From the NCBI GenBank assembly GCA_036555035.1, contig DATBMB010000116.1:3346-67345 (forward strand): DNA of 64,000 nt, read 5' to 3'. Within the stretch, counting starts at the first letter, position 1. Each line of letters begins with the position of its first letter. Positions 43,443 through 57,641 of this stretch are shown piece by piece. Under the pieces are notes generated by a model that was not told where the DNA came from, made no database searches, and worked only from the letters and a program-made list of their open reading frames with translations. The DNA is from Burkholderiales bacterium (GTDB lineage: Bacteria > Pseudomonadota > Gammaproteobacteria > Burkholderiales > SG8-41). The translations under genes and the position numbers were made by a program.

Positions 43443-45284
43443 TCACTCCACCGTCACGCTTTTCGCGAGGTTGCGGGGCTTATCGACATCCGTGCCGCGC
43501 AGCACGGCCACGTGGTAGGCGAGGAGCTGCAGCGGGAGGACGTGCAAAATTGGAGAGAGCGGGCCGGCGTGCTCCGTCAACTGGATGACGTGGACACCCG
43601 CGCTCGCGGCGACCCGCGCGTCGGCATCGGCGAAGACGTAGAGCTCGCCCCCGCGCGCGCGCACTTCCTGCAGGTTCGACTTCAGCTTCTCGATCAGCTG
43701 GTCGTTGGGCGCCACCGTCACCACCGGCATGCCCGCATCCACCAGCGCGAGCGGCCCGTGCTTCAGCTCGCCGGCGGCGTAGGCTTCGGCGTGGATGTAG
43801 GAGATCTCCTTCAGCTTCAGCGCGCCTTCCATGGCGATCGGAAAGTGCGCGCCGCGCCCGAGAAAGAGCGCGTGTTGCTTGCCCCGGAAGCGGCCCGCCC
43901 AGTCGCGCACCTGCGGCTCCACAGCGAGTACCTTCTCCATCGCGCGCGGCAGGTGGCGCAGCTGCGTGATCAGCTCCTTTTCCCGCTCGGGGCCGAGCCC
44001 GCGCTTGAGCTTGGCGAGCACCAGCGTCAGCACGAATAGCGCCGCGAGCTGGGTCGTGAAGGCCTTGGTCGAGGCCACCCCGATCTCGGGGCCGGCGCGG
44101 GTGAGAAAGCGCAGGCGCGAGGCCCGCATCAGGGAGGACTCGGGTGAATTGCACACCGTCAGCGTGTCGGTGAGGCCGTGCGCCTGGGCGTGCTTCAGCG
44201 CCGCAATCGTGTCCGCGGTCTCCCCCGACTGGGAGATCGTCACGACCAGCGTTCCCGGCTGCATCACCGGATCGCGGTAGCGGAATTCGCTTGCGATCTC
44301 GACCGCTGCGGGAACGCCCGCGATCGACTCCAGCCAGTAGCGCGCCACGAGGCCCGCGTGGTAGCTCGTGCCGCAGGCGAGCAGCAGCACCTGGCGCGTG
44401 CGGGCGAGAACGGCCTCCGCCTCCGCACCAAAGAGATTGGCCTGCAGCGACTGCGCGTTCGCGACCATCTCGAGCGTGTTCGCGACCGCCCCGGGCTGCT
44501 CGAAGATCTCCTTCTGCATGTAGTGCGAATAGCGGCCTTTCTCCACCGCGTCGGCGGCAAGCTCGCTCCGCGTCGTCGGGCGCTCGACGGGATGGCCACC
44601 GCCATCGCGTATGCGGACGCCCTCGGGCCGCACCTCGACCACGTCGCCCTCCTCGAGGTAGATCACGTCACGCGTGCGAGCCAGCAGCGCCGCCGCGTCG
44701 GAGGCGAGGAAATTCTCGCCCTGGCCGAGCCCGACGAGGAGCGGCGAGCCCTTGCGCGCGCCCACGACAACCGAGGGCTCCCGGCTCGACACGAAACCCA
44801 CGGCGTACGCTCCCTCCCACTCCCGGCTCGCGGCCTGGACCGCGTCGAACAGCGGCTGGCCTCCGGCAACGAGGGAGTGCACGTGGTGCACCATCACCTC
44901 CGTGTCGGTCTCCGAGCTGAACACGTAGCCGAGCGCCTTCATCCGCGCGCGGATCGGCTCGTGGTTCTCGACGATGCCGTTGTGGACGATGCCGATCTCG
45001 AGGCCCTCGCGCGCCGAGAAATGCGGGTGTGCGTTGGCCTCGGTCGGCGCGCCGTGGGTCGCCCACCGGGTGTGGGAGAGCCCCGTGCTGGCCTTGACCG
45101 CGCGCTCCCGGGCGAGCGCCTCGAGGTGCGCCACGCGCCCGGTCGAGCGCAGCCGCTCAAGATGCCCGTTCTGAACGTATGCGACGCCGGCGGAGTCGTA
45201 GCCCCGATACTCGAGCCGGCGGATGCCCTCGATGAGGAGATCGACGACGTTGTGCGTCGAGGCCGCGCCGACAATGCCGCACAT
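43443..45284 (-). CDS. glmS: glutamine--fructose-6-phosphate aminotransferase GlmS
   Basis: 613-aa ORF with the MCGIVG N-terminal nucleophile, two SIS domains and a C-terminal ...NLAKSVTVE. Confidence 0.96.
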   Translation of the reverse strand: MCGIVGAASTHNVVDLLIEGIRRLEYRGYDSAGVAYVQNGHLERLRSTGRVAHLEALARERAVKASTGLSHTRWATHGAPTEANAHPHFSAREGLEIGIVHNGIVENHEPIRARMKALGYVFSSETDTEVMVHHVHSLVAGGQPLFDAVQAASREWEGAYAVGFVSSREPSVVVGARKGSPLLVGLGQGENFLASDAAALLARTRDVIYLEEGDVVEVRPEGVRIRDGGGHPVERPTTRSELAADAVEKGRYSHYMQKEIFEQPGAVANTLEMVANAQSLQANLFGAEAEAVLARTRQVLLLACGTSYHAGLVARYWLESIAGVPAAVEIASEFRYRDPVMQPGTLVVTISQSGETADTIAALKHAQAHGLTDTLTVCNSPESSLMRASRLRFLTRAGPEIGVASTKAFTTQLAALFVLTLVLAKLKRGLGPEREKELITQLRHLPRAMEKVLAVEPQVRDWAGRFRGKQHALFLGRGAHFPIAMEGALKLKEISYIHAEAYAAGELKHGPLALVDAGMPVVTVAPNDQLIEKLKSNLQEVRARGGELYVFADADARVAASAGVHVIQLTEHAGPLSPILHVLPLQLLAYHVAVLRGTDVDKPRNLAKSVTVE

Positions 45285-45304
45285 TTCAGTCCAGCGACGG
45301 GTGG

Positions 45305-46684
45305 TCAGTCCTCACCCTTCGCCGCCTTCTTGGGCCGTTTCCAGCCCGGAACGGTGATCTGCTTTGCGCGCGCGACGGTGAGCTCGCCCGCCGGCGCTTC
45401 CTTGGTGATGGTGCTGCCGGCGCCGATGGTTGCGCCCCGGCGCACGACGACCGGAGCGACCAGCATGGTGTCGGAGCCGATGAAGACGTCGTCCTCGATC
45501 ACGGTGCGGTGCTTGGCGCCGCCGTCGTAGTTGCAGGTGATGGTGCCCGCGCCGACGTTGACGTCGCGCCCGACGCTGGCGTCTCCGAGGTAGGCGAGGT
45601 GATTCGCTTTCGAGCCGGCGCCGATCTCCGAGGCCTTCACCTCGACAAAATTGCCGATGTGCACCTGCTCCGCCAGCCGCGTGCCCGGCCGGAACCGGGC
45701 ATAGGGCCCGATGCGGCATTGGGCGCCGACCTTCGCCCCCTCCATGCACGTGAATGCCTCGATACGCGTGTCCGCACCGATGGAAGAGTCCTTCAGCACG
45801 CAGTTTGCGCCGATCTCGACGCGGTCGCCGAGCCGCACCTCGCCCTCGAAGACGCAGTTGACGTCGATGCGCACGTCGGCGCCGCAGACGAGGCTGCCGC
45901 GCACATCGATGCGCGCCGGATCCGCGAGTGTGACCCCCGCGTCCATCAGGGTTGCCGCCTGCTGCCGCTGATAGACGCGCTCGAGCTCCGCGAGCTGCTG
46001 CTTGCTGTTGACGCCCAGGACTTCCCATGCGGCGCGCGCCCTGACCGTCGCGACGCTTACCCGGTCTGCAAGCGCCAGCGGTACCACGTCGGTGAGGTAG
46101 TACTCGCGCTGCGCGTTGCGGTCGGTCAGCTTCGACAACCAGCCTTCGAGCCGCGCGGCGGGCAGCGCCATGATCCCGGTGTTGACCTCGCGGATGCCGC
46201 GCTGCGGCGCGCTGGCGTCCTTCTCCTCGACGATGGAGGTGATCGAGCCCCGACGATTGCGGACGATGCGGCCGTAGCCGGTCGGGTCCTCGAGCTCCGC
46301 GCTGAGCAGCGTCAGGCGGTCCCCGCCGCCCGCGATCATCGCCGCGAGCGTTTCCTCGCCGACCAGCGGAACGTCACCGTAGAGGACAAGAGTGAGTCCG
46401 GTGGTCGCGAGATGCGGCAGCGCCTGCGCCAGCGCGTGCCCGGTGCCGAGCTGGGGCTGCTGCTTGACGAAGGTGAGGCCGTCCGCGCGCAGCGCCTGCG
46501 GCACCTGATCGCCGCCGTGGCCGTACACCACGCAGATGCGCGCGGGCTTCAACGTGCGCGCAGTGGCGACGACGTGCTCGATCAGCGGGCGACCGCCGAG
46601 CGGCTGCAGCACCTTGGGCAGGCGTGAACGCATGCGCTTGCCCTGGCCGGCGGCAAGAATAACGACGCTCAACCCGGAAGGCAT
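45305..46684 (-). CDS. glmU: bifunctional GlcNAc-1-phosphate uridyltransferase / glucosamine-1-phosphate acetyltransferase GlmU
   Basis: 459-aa ORF with [11 protein letters not shown] and C-terminal left-handed beta-helix hexapeptide repeats. Confidence 0.95.
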   Translation of the reverse strand: MPSGLSVVILAAGQGKRMRSRLPKVLQPLGGRPLIEHVVATARTLKPARICVVYGHGGDQVPQALRADGLTFVKQQPQLGTGHALAQALPHLATTGLTLVLYGDVPLVGEETLAAMIAGGGDRLTLLSAELEDPTGYGRIVRNRRGSITSIVEEKDASAPQRGIREVNTGIMALPAARLEGWLSKLTDRNAQREYYLTDVVPLALADRVSVATVRARAAWEVLGVNSKQQLAELERVYQRQQAATLMDAGVTLADPARIDVRGSLVCGADVRIDVNCVFEGEVRLGDRVEIGANCVLKDSSIGADTRIEAFTCMEGAKVGAQCRIGPYARFRPGTRLAEQVHIGNFVEVKASEIGAGSKANHLAYLGDASVGRDVNVGAGTITCNYDGGAKHRTVIEDDVFIGSDTMLVAPVVVRRGATIGAGSTITKEAPAGELTVARAKQITVPGWKRPKKAAKGED

Positions 46685-46705
46685 CTAGAAATTATCGCAC
46701 AAACA

Positions 46706-48199
46706 TCAACTTACGCGCTGTGCCAGATAGCACGCCACGGCTTCGCGCTGCCCCGCGTCGAGCGCCAGGCCGGCCTTGGTGCGGCGCCAGAGCACGTCGT
46801 CCGCGGCTGCGGCCCACTCATGCTCAAGCAGGTAATCGATCTCGCGCGCATAAAGGTCCGCGCCGAAATGCTGGCCGAGGTCCGCCGCCGCGGCGGCATC
46901 CCCGAGCACATCGTAGGCGAGCGCGCCGTGACGCCGCGCCAGTCCCTCCAGCAATGACCGCGGCAGCCGCGGATAGCGCTCCTGCAGCCGCTGCGTGAAG
47001 CGCACGCCATTGCCCTTCGGGATCGTGGCGCCGGGCAAGAGGGCCTGCCCGGACCATGCATGGCCCATGCCGGGGAACCACGGGGCGAGCTTCTCCACGA
47101 CGTGCTCGGCGAGCCGCCGATACGTGGTGATCTTGCCGCCGAACACCGACAGCACCGGCGTCGCCGCCTGATCGCTGTCGAGCCGCAGCACGTAGTCGCG
47201 CGACACCGTCGACGGGCTCACCGAGCCGTCGTCGTAGAGCGGCCGCACGCCGGCGTAGCGCCAGAGAACGTCAGCTGAGCTGACGGCGCGCCGCAGATAG
47301 CGGTTCGCCGCGCGGCACAGATACTCGACTTCCGCCGCGCTCGCCTCGGGCCGCGACGGGTCGCCCTCGTGGGGGACGTCCGTCGTGCCGACGAGCGTGC
47401 AGCGCTCCTCGAAAGGAATCATGAACACGACGCGCCGGTCCTCGTTCTGCAGGATGAACGCATGGTCGCCCTCGTAGAGCCGGGGCACCACGATATGGCT
47501 GCCCCTCACAAGGCGCACGCTGTCGCCCGAGGGCTGGTGCAGGCGCTCGTTCAGCACCGATTTCACCCAGGGGCCCGCAGCGTTGACGATGGCCCGCGCG
47601 GTTGTTGCTTCCAGCCCGCCTTGCCGCCCGCGCAGCTGCACGCGCCAAAGGCCGCTCTCGCGCTTTGCCGCGAGGCATTCCGTGCGCGTGAGGATCTTCG
47701 CGCCCCGGGCCCGGGCGTCGCGCGCGTTCGCCACCACCAGCCGGGCATCGTCCACGCAGCAGTCGGAGTAGATGAAGCCGTGACGGTATTCGGGCCTGAG
47801 GCCCCCGGAATATGGCGCGCGGTCGAGCCGCACGGCGTGCGATCCCGGCAGCCGCGTCCTGCGCCCGAGGTGGTCGTAGAGAAAGAGACCGGTGCGGATC
47901 ATCCACCGCGGCCGCAGCTGGGGAACGTGCGGCATGACGAAGCGCACCGGGCGCACGAGGTGGGCCGCAATCCGCAGCAGCACCTCGCGTTCGGCGAGCG
48001 ACTCCGCGACCAGCCGGAACTCGAACTGCTCGAGATAGCGCAGCCCCCCGTGGATCAGCTTGCTGCTGGCGGAGCTGGTGTGCGCGCCGAGGTCGTCTTT
48101 CTCCACGAGCAGCACGGAAAGGCCGCGGCCGGCCGCGTCCCGCGCGATGCCGACGCCGTTGATTCCCCCGCCGATGACCAGCAGATCGTAATCAGCCAT
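46706..48199 (-). CDS. glpD: FAD-dependent glycerol-3-phosphate dehydrogenase GlpD
   Basis: ORF 46706..48205 (-). I prefer the ATG (MADYDLLVIGGGINGVGIARDAAGRG, ...SSKLIHGGLRYLE). It sits unusually between atpC and glmU. Confidence 0.82.
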   Translation of the reverse strand: MADYDLLVIGGGINGVGIARDAAGRGLSVLLVEKDDLGAHTSSASSKLIHGGLRYLEQFEFRLVAESLAEREVLLRIAAHLVRPVRFVMPHVPQLRPRWMIRTGLFLYDHLGRRTRLPGSHAVRLDRAPYSGGLRPEYRHGFIYSDCCVDDARLVVANARDARARGAKILTRTECLAAKRESGLWRVQLRGRQGGLEATTARAIVNAAGPWVKSVLNERLHQPSGDSVRLVRGSHIVVPRLYEGDHAFILQNEDRRVVFMIPFEERCTLVGTTDVPHEGDPSRPEASAAEVEYLCRAANRYLRRAVSSADVLWRYAGVRPLYDDGSVSPSTVSRDYVLRLDSDQAATPVLSVFGGKITTYRRLAEHVVEKLAPWFPGMGHAWSGQALLPGATIPKGNGVRFTQRLQERYPRLPRSLLEGLARRHGALAYDVLGDAAAAADLGQHFGADLYAREIDYLLEHEWAAAADDVLWRRTKAGLALDAGQREAVACYLAQRVS

Positions 48200-48200
48200 G

Positions 48201-48227
48201 AACAAAAAAGGCAGCCGTTCGGCTGCC
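48201..48227 (-). terminator. intrinsic terminator of the atp operon
   Basis: On the minus strand GGCAGCC-GAAC-GGCUGCC (48227-48210) is followed by UUUUUUGUU (48209-48201). It lies about 58 nt after the atpC stop and ends 1 nt before the glpD ATG codon (48199-48197). Confidence 0.75.
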
Positions 48228-48284
48228 CTCTATTCTGCACCCCCGCGAGTTGAGCGGCCCAAACCGTCCGGTTCGAACTCGCGG

Positions 48285-48707
48285 CTATTTTTTTTGCCGC
48301 AGCTTGCGGATTGCGGCAAGCTGGGCGGCGAGTGTCGCCACCTCCGCTTCGACCGCGGCGATCTCCTGCCGGTCGCGCGCGCTGCGGCGCGCTTCCTCGG
48401 CCTTCTTCAGCGCCTCGTTGGCCTTGGCTTCATCGAGGTCGTGGCCGCGGATCGCGGTGTCGGCGAGCACGGTGATCACCTTGGGCTGCACCTCGAGAAT
48501 GCCGCCCGCCACGAAGATCAGCTCCTCGGCTCCGCCGCCCGCCGGCTGGATGCGCACGGTTCCCGGCTTGATGCGCGTGATGAGCGGGGTATGCCGCGGG
48601 TAGATGCCGAGCTCCCCCGCCTCCCCGGGCAGCACCACGAACTCCGCCTCGCCCGAGTAGATCGACTCCTCGGCAGAGACCACATCGACGTGAATGGTGC
48701 TGGCCAT
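48285..48707 (-). CDS. atpC: F1 ATP synthase epsilon subunit
   Basis: 140-aa ORF beginning [21 protein letters not shown]... It is last in the atp operon. Confidence 0.93.
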   Translation of the reverse strand: MASTIHVDVVSAEESIYSGEAEFVVLPGEAGELGIYPRHTPLITRIKPGTVRIQPAGGGAEELIFVAGGILEVQPKVITVLADTAIRGHDLDEAKANEALKKAEEARRSARDRQEIAAVEAEVATLAAQLAAIRKLRQKK

Positions 48708-48716
48708 CGCTCGCGC

Positions 48717-50249
<1,533 letters not shown>

Positions 50250-50263
50250 TCAATTCTTCGTTT

Positions 50264-51127
50264 TCAAACCGCCGCCGCGCCGCCCACGATCTCGGAAATT
50301 TCCTTGGTGATCGCCGCCTGGCGGTTCTTGTTGTAGATCAGCGTCAGCTCGTCGATCACGTTGCCGGCGTTGTCGGAGGCCGCTTTCATCGCCACCATGC
50401 GCGCCGACTGCTCGGACGCCATGTTCTCCGCGACCGCCTGGTAGATCACCATCTCGATATAGCGGGTGAGCACCTGGTCGAGCACCACTTTCGCCTCCGG
50501 CTCGTAGAGATAGTCCCAGGCACCCTCGGGCGCGCCCAGGTGCTCGCCCGCGAGCGGCAGCAGCTGCTCCATCACCGGTTCCTGCTTCATGGTGTTAAAG
50601 AAGCGGGTGGAGAAGATCATCAGCTGGTCGAAGCGGTCCGCGATGTAGCCGTCGAGCATCACCTTGATCGCGCCGATCAGCTTCTCCATCTGCGGCCGGT
50701 CGCCCAGCTGGACCGCCTGCGACACGATGTGGGCGCCCATGCGCTGCATGAACCCGAGCCCCTTGTTGCCGATGCAGCACACCTCGAACTGCTCGCCCTG
50801 GGCTTCCCACTCCTTGATCTTGGCGAGCGCGAGCCGCTGGACGTTGGTGTTGAGCCCGCCGCACAGGCCCTTGTCGGTGGTGATGAGGATGACGCCCACC
50901 TTTTTCACCGTGTCGCGCGCGATGAGGAAGGGGTGCCGGTACTCCGGATTGGCGTGGGAAATGTGCGCGGCGACGTTGCGGATCTTCTCCGCGTAGGGAC
51001 GGGCGGCGCGCATGCGCTCCTGGGCGCGGCGCATCTTGGAGGCCGCGACCATCTCCATCGCCTTGGTGATCTTCCGGGTGTTCTGCACACTCCGGATCTT
51101 CATCCGTATTTCTTTTGTTCCCGGCAT
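50264..51127 (-). CDS. atpG: F1 ATP synthase gamma subunit
   Basis: 287-aa ORF with [28 protein letters not shown] and a C-terminal ...[15 protein letters not shown]. Confidence 0.95.
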   Translation of the reverse strand: MPGTKEIRMKIRSVQNTRKITKAMEMVAASKMRRAQERMRAARPYAEKIRNVAAHISHANPEYRHPFLIARDTVKKVGVILITTDKGLCGGLNTNVQRLALAKIKEWEAQGEQFEVCCIGNKGLGFMQRMGAHIVSQAVQLGDRPQMEKLIGAIKVMLDGYIADRFDQLMIFSTRFFNTMKQEPVMEQLLPLAGEHLGAPEGAWDYLYEPEAKVVLDQVLTRYIEMVIYQAVAENMASEQSARMVAMKAASDNAGNVIDELTLIYNKNRQAAITKEISEIVGGAAAV

Positions 51128-51142
51128 GGGGGCTCGCGTCGC

Positions 51143-52693
<1,551 letters not shown>

Positions 52694-52710
52694 GCGGTTT
52701 CCTTGGTTGC

Positions 52711-53244
52711 CTATCTTGTCAGCGCGACCGCCATCGCCGCGAGCTTGCCGCGCACTGAACCGTCAATGACTTCATCGCCCACCTGCATGCGCGCGCCGCC
52801 GATCAGGTCGGCGTCGACACGGACCTGGGGGCTCACCTTGCGCCCGAAGCGGCGCTCCAGTTCCGCCACGAGCGCGGCGAGCTGCTTCGCGTCGAGCGCC
52901 TGGGCCGAGGTGATCACCGCCTCCACCACGCCCTCACGCTCGTTCTTCAGCTCCTCGAAGATGGTGCGAATCTCGGGCAGCAACGCGAGGCGGCTGTTCT
53001 CGATCAGCACGCGCACGAGGTTCTGGGCCTCGGTCGTGATATCGCCGCAGGCCCCCGCGAACAGGCCGTAGACCTGGTTTGCGGAAAGATTCGGGTTGGC
53101 AATGGCCTCCCGCAGCTCGGGATGCGCCGCCACCCGCGCCATCACGGCGAGCGCCTGCGACCATTTGCCGAGCGTGCCGCCGGCGTCCGCCAACGCGAAT
53201 ATTGCCCCGGCGTAGGGACGGGCGATGGTGACGTTCTCAGCCAT
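52711..53244 (-). CDS. atpH: F1 ATP synthase delta subunit
   Basis: 177-aa ORF with an OSCP-like sequence ([14 protein letters not shown]...). Its start shares 1 nt with the atpF stop. Confidence 0.92.
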   Translation of the reverse strand: MAENVTIARPYAGAIFALADAGGTLGKWSQALAVMARVAAHPELREAIANPNLSANQVYGLFAGACGDITTEAQNLVRVLIENSRLALLPEIRTIFEELKNEREGVVEAVITSAQALDAKQLAALVAELERRFGRKVSPQVRVDADLIGGARMQVGDEVIDGSVRGKLAAMAVALTR

Positions 53245-53717
53245 CAGCGCAATTCCTGCCGCAGCTGCGCCAGCAGATCCGCGTGGGTCTTCGCGTCCAC
53301 CTCCCGGCGCAGGATCTTTTCCGCGCCTGCGACCGCGAGGGTGGCAACCTGCTCGCGCAGCGCTTCGCGCGCGCGCGAGACCTGCTGCTCGATCTCAGCC
53401 TGCGCGGCCGCCTTCTCGCGGTTGCCTTCCTCTTTTGCATGGGCGCGCGCCTCCTCCACCATCTGGGCCGCGCGCTTCTCGGCCTGCGCGATGATCTCGG
53501 CGGCGCGGTCGCGTCCCTGCTTGACCGACTCCTCGGCCTGCCGGGTCGAGACCTCAAGCGAGCGTTTGCCCTGCTCCGCGGCCGCCAGCCCGTCGGCGAT
53601 GGTCTTCTGCCGCGCCTCGATTGCGCGCAGCATGAACGGCCACACCAGCTTGACGGTGAACCAGATGAAGGCGAGGAACACCGCAGCCTGCACGAACAAC
53701 GTGAAGTTCAGACTCAT
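53244..53717 (-). CDS. atpF: Fo ATP synthase subunit b
   Basis: These are the last 157 codons of track ORF 53244..54746 (-): [28 protein letters not shown]..., one transmembrane helix plus a long charged helix. The upstream part of that ORF overlaps atpE/atpB out of frame. Confidence 0.92.
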   Translation of the reverse strand: MSLNFTLFVQAAVFLAFIWFTVKLVWPFMLRAIEARQKTIADGLAAAEQGKRSLEVSTRQAEESVKQGRDRAAEIIAQAEKRAAQMVEEARAHAKEEGNREKAAAQAEIEQQVSRAREALREQVATLAVAGAEKILRREVDAKTHADLLAQLRQELR

Positions 53718-53758
53718 GACTTCCCTCTCCCGGGCGCGATACGGGCAGCCCCGGCCGC

Positions 53759-54076
<318 letters not shown>

Positions 54077-54901
54077 TTAGTGGTGTTCGTGCGCCATCGA
54101 GATGTAGACGATGGTCAGCATCATGAAGATGTAGGCCTGCAGCAGGACGATCAGGATGTGGAAGATCGCCCATCCGAGCCCCAGCCAGAAGCTGAAGAAG
54201 CTGCCCACGATCCCCGTGGCCGCCCACATCCAGAGCAGCAGGAACAGGATCTCGCCCGCGTACATGTTGCCGAACAGCCGCAGCGAGTGGGACAGCGGCT
54301 TGGAGATGTACTCGACCAGGTTGAAGAGCAGGTTGAAGACGACGAGCAGGGGCGAGAGCCAAAGCGGCTTCACGCCGAAGGGCGAGCAGGCGAGCTCGTG
54401 CAGGAAGCCGCCCGGCCCCTTGGCCGAGATCGCAAAGAGAATCATCAGCGCCCACACCGTGAGCGAGAGCGCGAACGTGGTGTTGACGTCCGCCGTGGGC
54501 ACGATGCGGAAGCCCTCCGCCGAGACGAAGTGCGTTCCCATCGCCACCCAGTCGACCGGCAGGAAGTCCATCGCGTTCATCAGCACGACCCAGATGAACA
54601 CCGTAAGCGCGGCCGGAGCGATGAACTTGTTGCGGTCGCCGTGGTGGAAGATGCTCTTCGCCTGCTCGTCGATGAACTCGAACAGGATCTCCACGAAGGC
54701 CTGGCGCTTGCCGGGCACGCCCGCGGTCGCGCCCTTGACCACCCACCAGACGAAGCCGAGGCCGACGATACCGAGCAGGATCGACGTCGCGATCGAATCC
54801 ACGTGCAGCGTCCAGAAGCCGCCATCACCGATCGGCTTGGAGAAGTACGTCAGGTGATGCTGGATGTAGCTCGAGGGAGTGAGTTCGGTTCCTGCTGCCA
54901 T
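54077..54901 (-). CDS. atpB: Fo ATP synthase subunit a
   Basis: 274-aa polytopic ORF with the conserved [13 protein letters not shown] motif. Confidence 0.94.
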   Translation of the reverse strand: MAAGTELTPSSYIQHHLTYFSKPIGDGGFWTLHVDSIATSILLGIVGLGFVWWVVKGATAGVPGKRQAFVEILFEFIDEQAKSIFHHGDRNKFIAPAALTVFIWVVLMNAMDFLPVDWVAMGTHFVSAEGFRIVPTADVNTTFALSLTVWALMILFAISAKGPGGFLHELACSPFGVKPLWLSPLLVVFNLLFNLVEYISKPLSHSLRLFGNMYAGEILFLLLWMWAATGIVGSFFSFWLGLGWAIFHILIVLLQAYIFMMLTIVYISMAHEHH

Positions 54902-54911
54902 TGCCGGATGC

Positions 54912-55280
54912 TTAGTACTCGCGCACGAAGAACGCCATTGCGAAGATCACCACGGTCACCGCGAACGTGCCGAGGAACACGAGCACGGCAACCTCCCTGT
55001 AGGTCGCCAGCACGAGCCAGAGCAGGACCACGATCAGGCCGATCTTGACGGCTTCGGCCCCCAATACTGCAACCATCACCCCTCCGGCGGACTGCGCCCT
55101 GCCGAGCGAGGCCACGACCGCAGACGCGAGCCCGGAGAGAACGCTCACCGCGCCGCCCAGCGCCGCAGAGAGTGCGCCATGGCCGCCCGCCAGCGCACCG
55201 GCGATGAGCGCCAAGGCGGCAGTGGCCACCACTTGCCACCGGAGAACGGTGCGGATCGGCTTGCCCAGGTCGCGAAGCAT
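54912..55280 (-). CDS. atpI: ATP synthase protein I
   Basis: ORF 54912..55337 (-) begins with TTG. That TTG lies inside the predicted promoter, so I prefer the first ATG ([16 protein letters not shown]..., 122 aa). It is a small hydrophobic protein preceding atpB. Confidence 0.75.
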   Translation of the reverse strand: MLRDLGKPIRTVLRWQVVATAALALIAGALAGGHGALSAALGGAVSVLSGLASAVVASLGRAQSAGGVMVAVLGAEAVKIGLIVVLLWLVLATYREVAVLVFLGTFAVTVVIFAMAFFVREY

Positions 55281-55316
55281 GGCGTTCTTGATCTCCGCCC
55301 CGTGCAAAGCGCGCGT

Positions 55317-55345
55317 AGTATAGCTTTCGAGGCTCAAGGGGTCAA
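55317..55345 (-). promoter_or_regulatory. sigma70-type promoter of the atp operon
   Basis: On the minus strand: TTGACC (55345-55340), a 17-nt spacer, then TATACT (55322-55317). It lies about 37 nt upstream of the atpI ATG. Confidence 0.55.
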
Positions 55346-55381
55346 TTTGCTGCGGTGCGGCAACGCCCCGATTTCGCAGCC

Positions 55382-56236
55382 TTATTTGCGCCTGAGCCGG
55401 TCGAGCAAAGCACCCAGCTGGTCGAGGCTCGCGTACTGGATCACGAGCTTGCCGGTGCCCGGCTTGGCAGCCGATCGTATGGTGACCGTGGTGCCGAGCT
55501 CTCCGCTCAGCTCCTCTTCGAGCCGCGCGACGTCGCGATCGACCCGCGCACGCAGGCGCACCGCGGGGCGTGCGGTCATGCCGGCCACCCGCTGCTCGAC
55601 CTGCCGCACTGAGAGCTGCCGCGCGACCGCCTCGCGCGCGAGCTCGATCTGCTTCAGGGCCGGCAACGCGAGCAGCGCCCGCGCGTGTCCCATGTCGAGC
55701 TTGCCTTCGCGCAGGAGCTCCTGCACGGGCGGCGCGAGCTCGAGCAGCCGCAGCGCGTTGGTGATCGCGGCGCGCGAGCGGCCGACGGCCTCCGCGGCCT
55801 CGGCATGAGTCATGCCGAATTCGTCGGTCAGGCGCTTGATGCCCGTCGCCTCGTCCAGCGGATTCAGATCCTCGCGCTGGAGATTCTCGATCAGCGCGAT
55901 GGCGAGCGCCTGCCGGTCCGGCACCTCGCGCACGAGCGCGGGCACCGTTGCGAGCCCGGCCATCCGCGCCGCCCGCCAGCGCCGCTCGCCGGCGACGATC
56001 TCGTAGCGGCCCGCGCCGATCGGACGCGCCAGTATCGGCTGCATCACGCCCTGCGCCTTGATCGATTCGGCGAGCTCGGCCAGGCCTTCCTGGCCGATGC
56101 GCGCGCGCGGCTGATACCGCCCTGGCTGCAGCGCATCGATCGCCAGCGACGCGAGCATCTCGCCCCCGCCCGCCGCCGGCTCGTCGTCTCCCAGCAACGC
56201 GTCCAGCCCGCGTCCCAATCCCTTGATCCTCGCCAT
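55382..56236 (-). CDS. parB: chromosome partitioning protein ParB
   Basis: ORF 55382..56641 (-). The start is placed at MARIKGLGRGLDALL, with AAGGAC upstream. An alternative ATG at 56251 overlaps the parA stop. GERRWRAA box and HTH are present. Confidence 0.92.
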   Translation of the reverse strand: MARIKGLGRGLDALLGDDEPAAGGGEMLASLAIDALQPGRYQPRARIGQEGLAELAESIKAQGVMQPILARPIGAGRYEIVAGERRWRAARMAGLATVPALVREVPDRQALAIALIENLQREDLNPLDEATGIKRLTDEFGMTHAEAAEAVGRSRAAITNALRLLELAPPVQELLREGKLDMGHARALLALPALKQIELAREAVARQLSVRQVEQRVAGMTARPAVRLRARVDRDVARLEEELSGELGTTVTIRSAAKPGTGKLVIQYASLDQLGALLDRLRRK

Positions 56237-56247
56237 GGTGTCGTCCT

Positions 56248-57015
56248 TCATGCGCCCGCGCGGTTCAGCATCTCGCCCGCCAGCGCGAGATAGGCCTGCG
56301 CGCCCTTGGAGCTGCGGTCGAACTTGAGCGCCGGAACGCCGAAGCTCGGGGCTTCCGCGAGCCGCACGTTGCGCGGGATCACGGTGCGGTAGACCTTGTC
56401 GCCGAAATGCTCGAGCAGCTGCGCGGACACCTGCTGCGCGAGCGTATTGCGCGGATCGTACATGGTGCGCAGCAGCCCCTCGATCTCGAGGGACGGATTC
56501 AGATGCCCGCGCACCTTCTTGATGGTCTGCACGAGATCGCTCAGCCCCTCCAGCGCGTAGTACTCGCACTGCATGGGGATCATCACCGCCTGGGCGGCGG
56601 TCAGCCCGTTCACCGTAAGGAGATTCAGCGCCGGCGGGCAATCGATCAGGATGAAATCGTACTCCGCGGCGACTGCGGCAAGCGCTTCGCGCAGACGCGT
56701 TTCGCGGTGCTCCAGCTCCACCAGCTCGATCTCGGCGCCGGCGAGCTCGCGGTTGGCCGGGACCAGGTCGAATCCGCCGTTCTCGGAACGCACTCTCACC
56801 TCCGCGATGCTCTTAGTGCCCAGCAGGACGTGATAGACCGTGGCGCCCACATGGCGCTTGTCCACGCCGCTCCCCATGGTCGCGTTGCCCTGGGGATCGA
56901 GGTCCACCAGCAGCACGCGCCGATTCGCCGCCGCGAGGCTTGCGGCCAGATTGACGCCCGTCGTGGTCTTGCCGACGCCGCCTTTCTGATTGGTGATGGC
57001 GAGGACTCGCGTCAT
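56248..57015 (-). CDS. parA: chromosome partitioning ATPase ParA (Soj)
   Basis: ORF 56248..57276 (-). The start is placed at [19 protein letters not shown] (deviant Walker A). It has an ATGA overlap with the rsmG stop. Confidence 0.93.
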   Translation of the reverse strand: MTRVLAITNQKGGVGKTTTGVNLAASLAAANRRVLLVDLDPQGNATMGSGVDKRHVGATVYHVLLGTKSIAEVRVRSENGGFDLVPANRELAGAEIELVELEHRETRLREALAAVAAEYDFILIDCPPALNLLTVNGLTAAQAVMIPMQCEYYALEGLSDLVQTIKKVRGHLNPSLEIEGLLRTMYDPRNTLAQQVSAQLLEHFGDKVYRTVIPRNVRLAEAPSFGVPALKFDRSSKGAQAYLALAGEMLNRAGA

Positions 57016-57641
57016 GGTCGGCCGCGCCCGATCGACACCAGGTGGCGCTGTGCGCGCAGGCCGGGCACCCGTAACGGGATCACCTCCAGGAGTCGCCAGT
57101 CCCGCGGCAGCTGCGCGATCTCCTCGTAGGGGTGCACGCCCTTCATCGCGAGCAGCCGGCCGCCTTGCGCAAGGTGCCGGCCCGCCAGGGAAACGAGCTC
57201 GGCGATGTCCGAGAATGCCCGCGAGATCACGACCGCAAAGCCTGCCCGCGGCTTCCAGCTCTCCACCCTTTCGCACACGACCTCGGTATGGGCGAGTTTC
57301 AGTTCGGTCACGACCTGTCTCAGGAACGCCGCTTTCTTGTGATTCGAGTCGAGCAAGGTCACCCGCGCATCCGGCAATGCCAGCGCCAGCGGAATGCCCG
57401 GCAGCCCCGCCCCGCTCCCGACATCAAGGAGCGTCTCCGCCGCCGCATGCGGCGCTACGGCGAGACAATCGAGCAGATGCTGGCTCACCATGCGGTGAGC
57501 TTCCCGCACGGCGGTCAGGTTGTAGACGCGGTTCCATTTCTGCAATAACGCCAGATACGCAAGCAGCCGTTCTTCCGCCCCCGCCGGCAGCGTCAAACCG
57601 AGCTCGGACACGCCTTGCGCGAGCTGCTGCGCAAGCGTCAT
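57012..57641 (-). CDS. rsmG: 16S rRNA (guanine527-N7)-methyltransferase RsmG (GidB)
   Basis: These are the last 209 codons of ORF 57012..58175 (-): [11 protein letters not shown]...[16 protein letters not shown]. It has an ATGA overlap with the mnmG stop. Confidence 0.92.
   Translation of the reverse strand: MTLAQQLAQGVSELGLTLPAGAEERLLAYLALLQKWNRVYNLTAVREAHRMVSQHLLDCLAVAPHAAAETLLDVGSGAGLPGIPLALALPDARVTLLDSNHKKAAFLRQVVTELKLAHTEVVCERVESWKPRAGFAVVISRAFSDIAELVSLAGRHLAQGGRLLAMKGVHPYEEIAQLPRDWRLLEVIPLRVPGLRAQRHLVSIGRGRP

Noticed and set aside
55281-55337. TTG-initiated 19-codon N-terminal extension of atpI.
   Set aside because: The TTG lies between the -35 (TTGACC) and -10 (TATACT) hexamers of the predicted atp promoter. 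It would therefore be upstream of the transcription start.
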